A stretch of 64,000 nucleotides of DNA from Bryobacterales bacterium (GTDB lineage Bacteria > Acidobacteriota > Terriglobia > Bryobacterales > Bryobacteraceae), in contig PLEX01000119.1 of assembly GCA_003136575.1 (NCBI GenBank), positions 4,515-68,514 of the forward strand, in the 5' to 3' direction. The notes beneath the pieces are model-generated. The model was given only the letters and a program-made list of their open reading frames with translations. It was not told the origin of the DNA and made no database searches. Positions 19,141 through 29,343 of the stretch are shown piece by piece. Both the position numbers and the translations under genes were made by a program. Numbering within the stretch: position 1 is the first letter of the stretch; every line of letters starts with the position of its first letter.

Positions 19141-19689
19141 TCAGGCACCCAGGGAGTGCGTGCGTGAAGTTACATTTCGCGTACGCTGCGATAGCTCCGG
19201 TGACGCTCGCTTACGTCGCCGCAGTTGCGACGACAGCCTCTGTCACGGAAGCCGCTCTTTGAACAGCAGTACGCCTATTCGTAGCTACATACTGCTCAGC
19301 CTGCCATATCGGCCCGCGAACTGGGCAACCAGTTTGAGTGGACGCAATAGGGAGAACACGTCCGCACTCCGAAAGACCGCGTTATGTGGCGCCCAATGCC
19401 GTCGACGCGATCATGTATTGCGGTCCCGCGACGGACCCCGATCCGAAGGACGCTGTGGTGATCACGTTCGGCCGCGAGATGGCTCGGTGCGCGGGATGTG
19501 TCCTCGGCAACGTTCGCGAAGACGCTGCAGTTGATCGGGCGCCTCGGCGCCGTCGACCCGGAGGAACTGATGGGCTTTACGCCGCCACCGCCTGTGAAGT
19601 GATTGCGTTCGACGAGCAGTTGCATGCCGGACAAAAGCTGTTGCTTCCCGGCGACTTGAAGAGTTGCCTGAAACAGGTGAACGCCCGGC

Positions 19690-20901
19690 TTATTGCAACC
19701 TCTCCGCTACCTTTTCCAGATATTGCCGGGTTGTCAGCCATTTTTGCTCCTTGCCCACAAGAAGTGCTAAATCCTTAGTCATGAATCCGGCCTCCACCGC
19801 GCCGACGGTGGCTTTTTCGAGCTTCTCCGCGAAGGCCACAACATCGGGCGTATTATCGAACCGCCCGCGGTATTTAAGAGCTTGTGTCCAGGCGAAGATG
19901 GAGGCGATCGGATTGGTGGATGTTTCGCGGCCCTTCTGGTATTCGCGGTAATGGCGGGTGACGGTGCCGTGAGCGGCTTCCGTTTCCACCGTCTTACCAT
20001 CGGGCGTAATCAGTACGGATGTCATGAGTCCCAGCGAGCCAAAGCCCTGCGCCACCACGTCCGACTGCACGTCGCCGTCGTAATTCTTGCAAGCCCAGAC
20101 GAAGCCTCCTTCGGACTTGATCGCAAACGCAACCAGATCGTCGATAAGGCGATGCTCATAAGGGATGCCCGCCGCTGCGTACTTCGCCTCAAACTCATCG
20201 GTGAAGATCCGCTGGAAAATGTCCTTGAAGCGCCCGTCGTATTTCTTCAGGATGGTGTTCTTGGTCGAAAGATAGACGGGAAGCCCGAGCGAAAGCCCGT
20301 AATTCAGGCACGCGCGCGCGAAACCTTCTATGGAGCTATCGAGGTTGTACATCGCCATCGCCACACCGCCGCCATCGAATTCGAACACGTCATACGACAC
20401 GGGCGCGCCATTCGACGGCATGAAGGTCAGTGTGAGTTTGCCGGGTTCCCGGATAACAATGTCGGTCGCGCGGTACTGATCGCCGAACGCATGGCGGCCT
20501 ATGATAATCGGCTTCACCCAGCCCGGCACATAGCGCGGTATGTTTGCGCAGATGATGGGCTCGCGGAAGATAGTGCCGTCAAGAATATTGCGGATGGTGC
20601 CGTTGGGCGACTTCCACATCTTCTTCAGCCCGAACTCCTTCACCCGGGCTTCGTCCGGAGTGATGGTGGCGCATTTCACACCTACGCCGAATTCCGCGAT
20701 CGCGTTGGCCGCGTCCACCGTTATCCGATCGTCGGTGGCGTCGCGTTTTTCGATGCCCAGATCGAAGTACCTGAGGTCCACACTCAGGTGCGGCAATATC
20801 AGCATCTCCTTAATCCACGCCCAGATTACGCGCGTCATTTCATCGCCATCGATCTCAACAAGTGGGGTCCTGACCTGAATCTTTTCCATGTGTTCTTTCA
20901 T
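19690..20901 (-). CDS. icd: NADP-dependent isocitrate dehydrogenase (eukaryotic-like homodimeric type)
   Basis: Start at ATG 20901 ([10 protein letters not shown]) or 20889. Conserved blocks: [64 protein letters not shown]. The 111 upstream codons of ORF 19690..21234 look non-coding. Confidence 0.9.
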   Translation of the reverse strand: MKEHMEKIQVRTPLVEIDGDEMTRVIWAWIKEMLILPHLSVDLRYFDLGIEKRDATDDRITVDAANAIAEFGVGVKCATITPDEARVKEFGLKKMWKSPNGTIRNILDGTIFREPIICANIPRYVPGWVKPIIIGRHAFGDQYRATDIVIREPGKLTLTFMPSNGAPVSYDVFEFDGGGVAMAMYNLDSSIEGFARACLNYGLSLGLPVYLSTKNTILKKYDGRFKDIFQRIFTDEFEAKYAAAGIPYEHRLIDDLVAFAIKSEGGFVWACKNYDGDVQSDVVAQGFGSLGLMTSVLITPDGKTVETEAAHGTVTRHYREYQKGRETSTNPIASIFAWTQALKYRGRFDNTPDVVAFAEKLEKATVGAVEAGFMTKDLALLVGKEQKWLTTRQYLEKVAERLQ

Positions 20902-21797
20902 TATCGGTGTTGTACCACAATAATCCACGCGCACCCCGCGAGGCGCATTCGGCCGCGGCATGAAACACCCCGCTCTCTGGCGTCTGGTCAACGTGGCCGG
21001 TGCGGTACCGGCGATCGAATTGGCCTGCCGGTCCGGAATCGTAATCGGGTAACCATGATTCCGCCGTCGCAGATGGTTATCGCGCTCGTGGGCATGATCG
21101 GCAGCGCTCCTGGTTCCGTGCGGCGTCCGGGCCGTGCTCACGTGCGGCGCGCGGTTCTGGGAACATGCCAGGGCAAGTGGCGTAGCCTTCGTGTACGCCC
21201 TCGAACCAAACGGATTTCGATTGACGATCCGCACCCGGACGTCACTTCCGCGATACTCCCTTCAGTTCAGGGTATCGGGCTGAAACTTCAATCGAGCAAA
21301 GAGCCTGTAGAGACTATTGTCGTGGAGCACGCTGAGAAGCCTTCGCCCAACTGAAAAGTGCCTCGATCCGCAGACGTCGGGCTGAAGTCAGGTGACGAAA
21401 CCCGCCCGACTCTGACGCCGCCTGTTTTCGCTTCAGATTTGAGTGTCCCCGAGTTCCGGGTGCTCATACCGATTTACGGAAAGATCCGAACCGAACCCGG
21501 TCGGTGAGTTTACGCGTAAGAACCGGGACTTTCCGATTCCTTCCCGAGAATTCTCCCGACGGAAACAAGCGATGTAACCTTTCGCCCGGACATGAGTAAT
21601 GAAAACGTGGAGTCATTAAACGAGACTCGTCATCGGTGCCCGCTGGTAAAACACGCGCCCGCGCGCATCTGACTGAAACGCATCTGAACCGACCGGAACT
21701 AACACGATGAGTACTCGAACGTATTGAGGTCTGAGAAGAACAAACGCCGCATTCTGCACGGCGCATTCGAACGTATTCGCGTAGGAAGGATCAAGAA

Positions 21798-22895
21798 ATG
21801 CCGCAATCTATAACGCATTCTCTGACTGCCAGCAACAGACCTTCTACACGCGCTGGCGTCTTCAGGCGGTTTGGTGTACTCCGCTCTTTCACGAGTGGAA
21901 TCCGAATCGGCTGCGGGCTGGTTTGTCTGATGGTTTGCGCGTCTTCTCGAGCTGTCGCGCAGGACGCACCCCGACTGGCTGCCCCGAATCGCGCCTGCGT
22001 GGAATTGAACAGAACCGTGATCGCGCAGGCGTCGAATGGCCAATTGAAGGACGCTGAGTTATCTTTGTCCGGAACTCTGGCCGATATGACTAACGGCGTC
22101 TCTCAGTCGTGCGAATGGATCATCCTGCAGAACATGGCAGTGGTTGTGTCCCGGTCCGGGCACCCCGAAGTCGCGGAGAGTTATGCATATCGATCGGTCG
22201 GGATTCTCGAAAGAAACTATCCGCCGGACGATCCGATTCTGTTGCGCCCGCTTCACATGCTGGCGGCCGTTCGATTCCAGCAGGGAAAGCTGGCCGCGGC
22301 CCGCGAGGCGTTTCAGAGAATGCAAAGGATTCCAATCTCGCTGCCGTTGGATCGCGCTCTTCTTCACGGAAGTGCGGCGGCGTTATTCCATTCCGAGGGT
22401 CGACATGCGGAAGCAGAGAAGGAGTACCTTTCCGCAATTTCCGACTGGGAAGAGGCTGGTCGTGGCAAGACCGCCGATGAGGCTGCTGTGCTCAACGGGT
22501 TAACGGATCTTTACATCGTGGACGGGCGATTTGACGAAGCAAGCAAGACGCTGGACCGTGCGCTCGCCATCTTTGCAGTCGCGACGGATGTTGGTCTTGC
22601 CGACCGAATCCGAGTCCTCAACTCTCAAGCCGTGCTGCATGCCAAAGGGGGACAATGGCGGAAGGCCGAAGGCGACCTGCGTACCGCGTTGTCGCTGGCC
22701 GATCCCGGGGGCCTAAGTCCGCTTGAGTTGGAGCCACTGCTGGATAACTATGCGGTTGTCCTGGCCCGGAATCATCGGACGCGCGAAGCTCGATCCGTAG
22801 CAGCGCGCGCCGATGCAATTCGTTCCAGCGGCTTGGCGGGCGCAATTGTGGATGCCAGCCAACTGCTCGCCGAATCGAAAAGCGCAGGGAAGTAG
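21798..22895 (+). CDS. TPR-repeat protein, probably exported
   Basis: 365-aa ORF with a hydrophobic N-terminal segment (GLVCLMVCASSRAVAQ) and repeated TPR-like helices (AEKEYLSAISDWEEAGR, LNGLTDLYIVDGRFDEASKTLDRALAIF). Confidence 0.6.
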   Translation: MPQSITHSLTASNRPSTRAGVFRRFGVLRSFTSGIRIGCGLVCLMVCASSRAVAQDAPRLAAPNRACVELNRTVIAQASNGQLKDAELSLSGTLADMTNGVSQSCEWIILQNMAVVVSRSGHPEVAESYAYRSVGILERNYPPDDPILLRPLHMLAAVRFQQGKLAAAREAFQRMQRIPISLPLDRALLHGSAAALFHSEGRHAEAEKEYLSAISDWEEAGRGKTADEAAVLNGLTDLYIVDGRFDEASKTLDRALAIFAVATDVGLADRIRVLNSQAVLHAKGGQWRKAEGDLRTALSLADPGGLSPLELEPLLDNYAVVLARNHRTREARSVAARADAIRSSGLAGAIVDASQLLAESKSAGK

Positions 22896-22948
22896 GGCGC
22901 GTTTTCCCGAAGAAGACGACACGCGGAGTCCGCTGCGCGATTTTCTGG

Positions 22949-23863
22949 TTACCTCTCCCGCACCAACCCCACCACGCCCCATGCCGAAAGTGGCGTCACC
23001 CGCCCTTCGCCACTCGGAGTGGGCAGTTCTCGCACTTCGAACGACACGTCTTTGCCGGTAACCGTCGCCATTATGTAACCGAAAAACCACCCATCCTCAT
23101 ACTTACCCGACGCGCGTAAGTGCCCGCCCGCGCTCGGGGCGGAAATGTACTCGACGCCGTTGAGCGTCCCGTGCATCATCTCATGGACATGTCCGGCAAT
23201 GATGCAGCAGACGCCATATTTCTCCGCCAGTTGCTGTAGCGGGAAACTCGGGTTTCGCAGCACTACATTGATCAGCCACGACGGCCTGTGCGACACGATG
23301 AACTTCACCGGCCGCGATGCGTGCGCTTTCAAGTCCTGTTCGAGGAACGACATTTCCTCCGGCTGAAGAACGTCGTTACGGCTGTTATCGAGCACGGTGA
23401 AATGCGCCGGGCCGTTATCGAAACTGTAATCGGGCGAGTGCCCGGCGTGCTTTTCGAAGAGCTTCGCCGATGCATCCGACCAGACGTCGTGATTCCCGGC
23501 CGCGGGGAAGTACGGGATACCGCGGAACGGCTGAAGCAGATGTTCAAATTCCAGCCACTCCTTTTCCGCAGTCGTATCGTCCAGCCCCTGGATCGCATCG
23601 CCGGCGCCCACAACGAAAGCCGGTTTCGCCGCCGACACTTCCCGCCAGACGGCTTCGTAGACGCCGGGAACGGTCTCGCCCGTGCGGTCGCCCAGGATTG
23701 CGAAACGCAGCGCCGACGCGGGCGATTGCTGCGCAAACAGAAACGCGGCGGTTCCGATGAAAACCGAAACCGCCGCGATGCAGGTCAGTTGCCAGTGGCT
23801 CGCGCCGCGGCCAACTTTAGTTACGCGATTCAATGATGAACGTCGGCGCAATACCGGAAGCAT
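22949..23863 (-). CDS. metallophosphoesterase (calcineurin-like)
   Basis: Motifs FAILGDRTGE, VGAGDAIQG, AAGNHD, VSHRP and AGHVHE, with an N-terminal TM/signal segment. Start is uncertain (ATG 23863 or further downstream). With ATG 23863 it overlaps the stop of the upstream gene by 47 nt. Confidence 0.75.
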   Translation of the reverse strand: MLPVLRRRSSLNRVTKVGRGASHWQLTCIAAVSVFIGTAAFLFAQQSPASALRFAILGDRTGETVPGVYEAVWREVSAAKPAFVVGAGDAIQGLDDTTAEKEWLEFEHLLQPFRGIPYFPAAGNHDVWSDASAKLFEKHAGHSPDYSFDNGPAHFTVLDNSRNDVLQPEEMSFLEQDLKAHASRPVKFIVSHRPSWLINVVLRNPSFPLQQLAEKYGVCCIIAGHVHEMMHGTLNGVEYISAPSAGGHLRASGKYEDGWFFGYIMATVTGKDVSFEVRELPTPSGEGRVTPLSAWGVVGLVRER

Positions 23864-25166
23864 GCGAGTAGCCCAGTCCCGACGACGACACATAACTCGG
23901 GCAACCCGACACTTTGCCGAGAAACGCCTGAGGCTGCACATCCACCTGCATCTCTTTAAACTCGAGATGCCCATAGGTGAGCATCGGGAAAACGCTGCGG
24001 ACCGGTTTCACGCTCTCCTGTACCACGTACGGCGAACGCTGAGCTTCGCGCAGCGCGCGCGCCCATGCCCCGTCGTCGTGCTCGTGGCCGACGTAGCTGT
24101 GCAGATCCGAATAATCGTCGTTCGGACGCAGCACCAGAGTTTCGCGGTTATCGCGAATGAAGTCGATCAGTTCTACTTGCTTATCGCGCCACATCGTCTT
24201 GCCCGCCTTCACCACGCGCGTGAACGGAACGTGCTCTTTGATCGCCTTCCGTTCGTTGGGCGGGAATTTCGCCGTAAGCGCATCGTCGGTCAGCAGCGCA
24301 AACATGGCCTTCTTGTGAGAAAGCTCCGAGCGAAAACTGTTCACGACGCAAACTCTGTGGTCGCGGTAAGCGTGCACCAGCGGATGATCGAGCGTGAAGC
24401 GCATGAGGAATTCCTGTACGCTGACGCGCCGATAAATCAGATCGATGTCGATGCCCGCGCCGCGCAGCACGCCGTTGCGGTATTCCAGCTGTTCGGGCGA
24501 GACCAGTTCGGCCTGATAACCTTCCTCGCGGAAAAAGTCGCGGAACATCTCGTACTCGCTGCCGCCCGTGGTCGCGCGGAATTCGAGGATCGCGATGTTC
24601 GGTTTTTTTGCGGAGCCGGAAAACATCTTATACGCCTTGAGCAGCGCCTGCAAAAACGGCTTCTTGCCGCCGAGCCGCGTGAGGTTATAGCGCCGCCGGA
24701 ACTCTTTCACGGGAGGGCAATCGTAGAACACTTCGGACAGGCCCTCGGCGTATGCGCCGCCCGTCAAAGCGTCTGCGCTATATTGACGGACATGCAGCGA
24801 TCCGTTGTGGATCTGCAGATCGAGTTGCGCGGAGACTTCCGGCATCGCATAGCCGGGGTCGATCGCGGCCAGCATCTTCTCGGCTGGCAGCAACTGCATG
24901 GTAGAAAGAAGTTGCGGGGATGTCAGCGCAAGCTGCAGCATCCGGTCAACCGCCGAGATAAGCGCTTCGCCGGTTTTTACCAGATTGTCGTATTGCTTCT
25001 GGGTTACGAAATTCGGCCGCAGGAAAGGACAGAGGAGTCGGCCGCCAGCGGACAACTGGCGGGCCTCCATCTGCTCCTGTAAATTTTTTACCCACCGCAA
25101 GTCGCGGTAGGGCTCGGATTCGAGAATCCGGTGATACCGGGCGATGGCTTCGTCAAGTTGCGTCAT
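23817..25166 (-). CDS. conserved hypothetical, possibly a circularly permuted ATP-grasp-like protein
   Basis: Start at ATG 25166 (MTQLDEAIARYH). The C-terminal block LVLRPNDDYSDLHSYVGHE...SPYVVQESVKPV resembles the ATP-grasp core of CP_ATPgrasp or glutathionylspermidine-synthase-like proteins. The assignment is from memory only. Confidence 0.4.
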   Translation of the reverse strand: MTQLDEAIARYHRILESEPYRDLRWVKNLQEQMEARQLSAGGRLLCPFLRPNFVTQKQYDNLVKTGEALISAVDRMLQLALTSPQLLSTMQLLPAEKMLAAIDPGYAMPEVSAQLDLQIHNGSLHVRQYSADALTGGAYAEGLSEVFYDCPPVKEFRRRYNLTRLGGKKPFLQALLKAYKMFSGSAKKPNIAILEFRATTGGSEYEMFRDFFREEGYQAELVSPEQLEYRNGVLRGAGIDIDLIYRRVSVQEFLMRFTLDHPLVHAYRDHRVCVVNSFRSELSHKKAMFALLTDDALTAKFPPNERKAIKEHVPFTRVVKAGKTMWRDKQVELIDFIRDNRETLVLRPNDDYSDLHSYVGHEHDDGAWARALREAQRSPYVVQESVKPVRSVFPMLTYGHLEFKEMQVDVQPQAFLGKVSGCPSYVSSSGLGYSHASGIAPTFIIESRN

Positions 25167-25501
25167 ACGTGGCGCTCTTTCATGATGGACGCCGGTTAGC
25201 GTCCATTTCTTCCGTTTCTGGAAGTAAGTATTGCACAAAATAACGACGTTTGTAAGGCCCGTCCAGCCACAATTCATCCTAACTTATTGAAAATAATAGT
25301 AAATATCGGTTGGATTGACCGATCGAATTGTGTCTGTTTTGCTACAAGATTGGACGCGCGAGAACCACAATTAGTTGCAAACCGTCCGTCGGCAGACTCG
25401 TACTATCACTGTAGGATATGGGCGGTTGAGTGCGCGGGTCGGGCGGCCCGGTCGATTCGCGCGGTCGCCGGGGAGCCGTCCTGCTAGAATCAGGGTTTGC
25501 C

Positions 25502-26020
25502 ATGACGCAGCCCCCGTCCGGCGTAGTTGCCATATACCCTGGCTCGTTCGACCCGATCACAAGCGGACATCTGGATGTAATTGAGCGCGGCTCGAAGATG
25601 TTCAGCCGGGTGATCGTGGCGATTTTACAAAACGAAGCCAAGCAGCCCCTGTTCACGGTCGCGGAGCGTATGGAGATGCTGCGGGAGAGTCTTACGGGGT
25701 TTTCCGGCGTGGAGGTGGACGCGTTCCAGGGACTGCTGGCCGAGTACGCGATGGCGAAGGGTGCGCGTGTCATCCTCCGCGGCATCCGCGCTATTTCGGA
25801 CTATGAGTACGAATTGCAGATGGCCCTGATGAACCGGCGGCTGCAACCCGGCCTCGAGACCATTTTCCTGCCCGCCAGCGAAACGTTCTCCTTCATCAGT
25901 TCGAAGATGGTGAAGGAAGTGATTTCGCTCGGCGGCAACATTAACGGACTTGTTCCGCCGCTGGTGGAGGACCGGCTGAAGCGGCGCATCGCAAACTATA
26001 AGAGAACTTCGAGCACTTAA
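25502..26020 (+). CDS. coaD: phosphopantetheine adenylyltransferase
   Basis: Start at ATG 25502. Motifs YPGSFDPITSGHLDVIERG, RGIRAISDYEYELQMALMNR and ISSKMVKEV. Confidence 0.9.
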   Translation: MTQPPSGVVAIYPGSFDPITSGHLDVIERGSKMFSRVIVAILQNEAKQPLFTVAERMEMLRESLTGFSGVEVDAFQGLLAEYAMAKGARVILRGIRAISDYEYELQMALMNRRLQPGLETIFLPASETFSFISSKMVKEVISLGGNINGLVPPLVEDRLKRRIANYKRTSST

Positions 26021-27217
26021 ATGACACCAACACCCAGCAAACCAGTTATCGCCGATCGCATCTCGCTGATCAGCGTTTCTTCGACCATGAAGGTCATGGC
26101 CGATGCCGACAAGCTTCGCCGCGAGGGAGTCGACGTGGTCGATTTCAGCGCCGGCGAACCGGATTTCATCACGCCGGAGAACATCCGCAACGCGGCGATT
26201 GCCGCCATCAATGCGGGCTTCACCAAGTACACGCCGGCCGGCGGCACGGCCGAGATCAAGGCGGCCATCGTGGCGCGCCACAAAACCGAATTCGGCACCG
26301 ATTACAAGCCTTCGGAATGCATCGCCACCGTCGGCGGCAAGCATGTCCTGTTCAACTACACGCAGGCGCTGGTTAACCCTGGCGATGAAGTCGTGATCCC
26401 GGTTCCCTACTGGGTGACCTATAAGGACATCGTCAACTACGCGGGCGGCAAATGCGTTTTCGTCGAGACCGACGAGCAGGAAGGCTTCCGGCTCACCGCC
26501 GATATGGTGGAGCGTAACATCACGCCGAAAACGAAGATCGTGATCATCAATTCCCCCAGCAATCCTTCGGGCGCGCTGATGACCAACGAGGAATTCGAGA
26601 AGCTCTACTACGCGACATCGAAGCGCGGCATCTTTCTGATTACCGACGAATGTTATTCGCACTTCCTTTACGACGGGAAGCCCTGGTCGGTCGCATCGAT
26701 CGCCAACTCGAAGCCAACCGTGCTGGTTGCAGGGACAGTGTCGAAAACTTACGCGATGACCGGTTGGCGCATCGGCTACGGTTTGGCGCCTGAGCCGATC
26801 ATCGGCGCAATGATGAAGCTGCAAAGCCACTCGACATCGAACCCCACCTCGATCGCGCAGAAGGCCGCCGTTGAAGCGTTAAATGGCCCGCAGGATTCCG
26901 TGCCGCAGATGCTGGCCGAATACCGCAAGCGCCGGGATTTCGTGGTTCCGCGGCTGCGGCAGATTCCGGGCGTGACCTGTTCGATGCCGGCAGGAGCCTT
27001 TTATGCGTATCCGAATCTGCGCGGCGCGCTCGACAAGGGCGGAATCAGGACGCCGCTCGAGTTTGCCGATCGCCTGCTGAAAGAAGCCAACGTCGCGGTC
27101 GTTCCCGGCGAGGCCTTCGGAACCGATCATCATGTTCGTATCTCGTATGCGACGTCGATGGGGGAACTGGAGCGGGGACTCGATCGCATCCAGAAGTTCG
27201 TCGAAAAATTAGGCTGA
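26021..27217 (+). CDS. PLP-dependent aminotransferase class I (aspartate aminotransferase-like)
   Basis: 398-aa ORF starting immediately after the coaD stop. Motifs FSAGEPDF, NSPSNPSG and SKTYAMTGWRIGY (PLP lysine). Confidence 0.85.
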   Translation: MTPTPSKPVIADRISLISVSSTMKVMADADKLRREGVDVVDFSAGEPDFITPENIRNAAIAAINAGFTKYTPAGGTAEIKAAIVARHKTEFGTDYKPSECIATVGGKHVLFNYTQALVNPGDEVVIPVPYWVTYKDIVNYAGGKCVFVETDEQEGFRLTADMVERNITPKTKIVIINSPSNPSGALMTNEEFEKLYYATSKRGIFLITDECYSHFLYDGKPWSVASIANSKPTVLVAGTVSKTYAMTGWRIGYGLAPEPIIGAMMKLQSHSTSNPTSIAQKAAVEALNGPQDSVPQMLAEYRKRRDFVVPRLRQIPGVTCSMPAGAFYAYPNLRGALDKGGIRTPLEFADRLLKEANVAVVPGEAFGTDHHVRISYATSMGELERGLDRIQKFVEKLG

Positions 27218-27218
27218 T

Positions 27219-28034
27219 GTGGAGCAGGCGTTGTCGCCGGCGCTTTTCATGGCCATCCGCAAGCTAACTCCTGCCGTTCACGATAAGGTCTGGGGTTCCG
27301 CGCTGACGGAACCCTGGCTGGCTAATCCCGCGGGCCGCAAAATCGGAGAGATCTGGTTTTCGGCTCCGGAGGTCTTGCCTGTCCTGGTAAAATTGCTCTT
27401 CACTACGGAGAATCTGTCGGTTCAGGTGCATCCGGGCGACGATTACGCCCGGTCTCACGGCCACCTGCGGGGCAAGACCGAGATGTGGCACGTCCTCCGC
27501 GCGGCACCGGGAGCCACAATCGCGTGTGGACTAAAGAAGGCGATTACAGGCGAGCGGCTGCGCGAGTCGGCCGTGAGCGGTGAGATCGTCGACTTGCTGG
27601 ATTGGATTCCAGCCAGCGAAGGCGACACTTTCTTCCTGCCTGCGGGAACGATCCACGCGATCGGCGGCGGGCTGGCGCTGTGCGAGGTGCAGCAGTTTTC
27701 CGACGTGACGTATCGTTTGTTCGACTACCACCGGAAACCTGAACGTGAGTTGCACCTGGACGACGGGGTCGCGGTTTCCGTGCTCGTTCCAACGCCCAAT
27801 GGACGCCGCGAAATGCCGGTCGAGTGCGAGTACTTCCGAACGGAGCTGCTGATCGCGTGTGGGATTACGACGCGTCCGGCCTACTCGGGTCCGGCGATCT
27901 GTATAGCGCTCGCCGGTGAAGGGCAGATCGCCGGAGAGCCATTTCGCGCAGGAGATGCCTGGCTGGTTGAGGCCGGGACGGGATTAGCAATTGACTCGCC
28001 CGACGCTGCGTTTATCGTAGCCTCAGGCGTTTGA
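27219..28034 (+). CDS. class I mannose-6-phosphate isomerase (cupin)
   Basis: Motifs KVWGS, LVKLLFTTENLSVQVHPGDDYA, GKTEMWHVL and GTIHAIGGG. Start is GTG 27219 or ATG 27249. Confidence 0.75.
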   Translation: MEQALSPALFMAIRKLTPAVHDKVWGSALTEPWLANPAGRKIGEIWFSAPEVLPVLVKLLFTTENLSVQVHPGDDYARSHGHLRGKTEMWHVLRAAPGATIACGLKKAITGERLRESAVSGEIVDLLDWIPASEGDTFFLPAGTIHAIGGGLALCEVQQFSDVTYRLFDYHRKPERELHLDDGVAVSVLVPTPNGRREMPVECEYFRTELLIACGITTRPAYSGPAICIALAGEGQIAGEPFRAGDAWLVEAGTGLAIDSPDAAFIVASGV

Positions 28035-28047
28035 CCAAAAGTCGCGT

Positions 28048-29136
28048 TTATCGCTGGATCCGCGCCGATCCGCCCCCGGCGAACGCGCGGACCTGATCGA
28101 GTGTGGCCATGGTCGTGTCGCCGGGGAATGTGGTGATCATCGCGCCATGCGCCCAGCCCAGTTTCAACGCGTCTTCGAGCGGTTCGCCGGTCAGCAGACC
28201 GAAGAAGAAGCCCGATGCGAAGCCGTCGCCGCCGCCCACGCGGTCGATCACGTCCAGTTCGCAGGTCGGCGCCGTGTAGATCTTGCCGTTGATCCACGCA
28301 ACCGCGCTCCAGGTGTGCCGCGACGTGGAGTGCACCTCGCGCAGCGTGGTCGCCACAATGCGGACGCGCGGGTATTTCTTCACCACGTTATCCATCATGC
28401 CGGCGAAGGCGCGGGTATCGAGCTTGGACGTCGCTTCCACCTGCGGCCCTTCGATGCCCAGACCCTTTTGCAGATCCTCTTCGTTGCCGACAAGCACGTC
28501 GACGTGCTCGACGATGCGCCCCAGCATTTCCACTGCGCGGCCGCCGCCTCCCATCAGTCTCCAGAGCTTTTCACGGTAGTTCAGGTCGAGCGACGTAACC
28601 GCACCTGCGGCGCGAGCGGCCTTCATGCCTTCGATGATCAGTTCCCCGGTTGTTTCGGATAGTGCCGCGAAGATGCCGCCCGAGTGGAACCAGCGGACGC
28701 CGCTCGCGAAGATCTCGTTCCAATCGAAGTCTCCCGGCTTGAGCAGGGCGCCCGCTTCATTGGCGCGATTGTAGAACACGACCGGAGCGCGCACGCCATA
28801 GCCGCGATCGCTGTAGACCGCGGCCATGTTGGGCCCGGTGACGCCGTTGTGCTCGAAACGCTTGTAGAACGGCTTGACACCCATGGCCCGGACGCGTTCC
28901 GCGATCAGGTCGCCGATGGGGTAATTCACCATCGCGGTGGCGACGCCGGTCGACAGCTCGAAGCAATCGGCAAGGTTCGCGGCGCAGTTGAACTCGCCGC
29001 CGCTGACGTGGATTTCGCAGGTGCGGGCTTTGCGGAACGGGATAATACCCGGGTCCAGCCGATGCACCAGTGCGCCAAGCGCGAGAAAATCCAGGCCGCC
29101 CTTTGTTGCGGGAGAAATGTTTAAACCGTGACTCAT
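28048..29136 (-). CDS. PfkB-family sugar kinase (2-keto-3-deoxygluconate kinase-like)
   Basis: 362-aa ORF. N-terminal GG motif (HVSGGEFNCAANLA) and C-terminal ATP/anion-hole motif VIDRVGGGDGFASGFFFG. Confidence 0.8.
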   Translation of the reverse strand: MSHGLNISPATKGGLDFLALGALVHRLDPGIIPFRKARTCEIHVSGGEFNCAANLADCFELSTGVATAMVNYPIGDLIAERVRAMGVKPFYKRFEHNGVTGPNMAAVYSDRGYGVRAPVVFYNRANEAGALLKPGDFDWNEIFASGVRWFHSGGIFAALSETTGELIIEGMKAARAAGAVTSLDLNYREKLWRLMGGGGRAVEMLGRIVEHVDVLVGNEEDLQKGLGIEGPQVEATSKLDTRAFAGMMDNVVKKYPRVRIVATTLREVHSTSRHTWSAVAWINGKIYTAPTCELDVIDRVGGGDGFASGFFFGLLTGEPLEDALKLGWAHGAMITTFPGDTTMATLDQVRAFAGGGSARIQR

Positions 29137-29343
29137 TGATGTCCTTCTTTGACGTTAAACCGATCAGGTGACGATGACGCCGAGTTTGGCGCGTCTCGCC
29201 CGATAGAGATGGAAATGCCGGCCGCAGGTTTGTGGTACACGCCTCCGGTCCTGCATCAGGTTAACACGTGGCGGGATGCTGGCCGGCAAATCGCCTGGTC
29301 CGATTTCCTGCACGCGGGCATCTGATAAATTCTGAGAAACGAT

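Noticed and set aside
19141-19689. Candidate small genes in the REC-HPt/icd spacer: a 32-aa hydrophobic ORF (VKLHFAYAAIAPVTLAYVAAVATTASVTEAAL, AGGGAG upstream), the plus-strand ORF from 19338, and the minus-strand ORF 19296..19634.
   Set aside because: The plus and minus ORFs are codon-aligned mirror images. The plus one would overlap icd by 89 nt and seems to need a frameshift to give a sensible C-terminus. No family was recognised. The region is left unannotated.
21330-21480. Possible RNase P RNA-like motifs (gaaaagtgcc; ccgaacccgg) in the icd upstream region.
   Set aside because: Only short partial matches. The hallmark GAGGAAAGUCCGGGC and ACAGAACCCGGCUUA elements are absent.
25167-25501. 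A+T-rich stretch (ttgaaaataatagtaaatatcgg) upstream of coaD as a defined promoter.
   Set aside because: Several -35/-10 combinations are possible and none has clean spacing, so I made no call.
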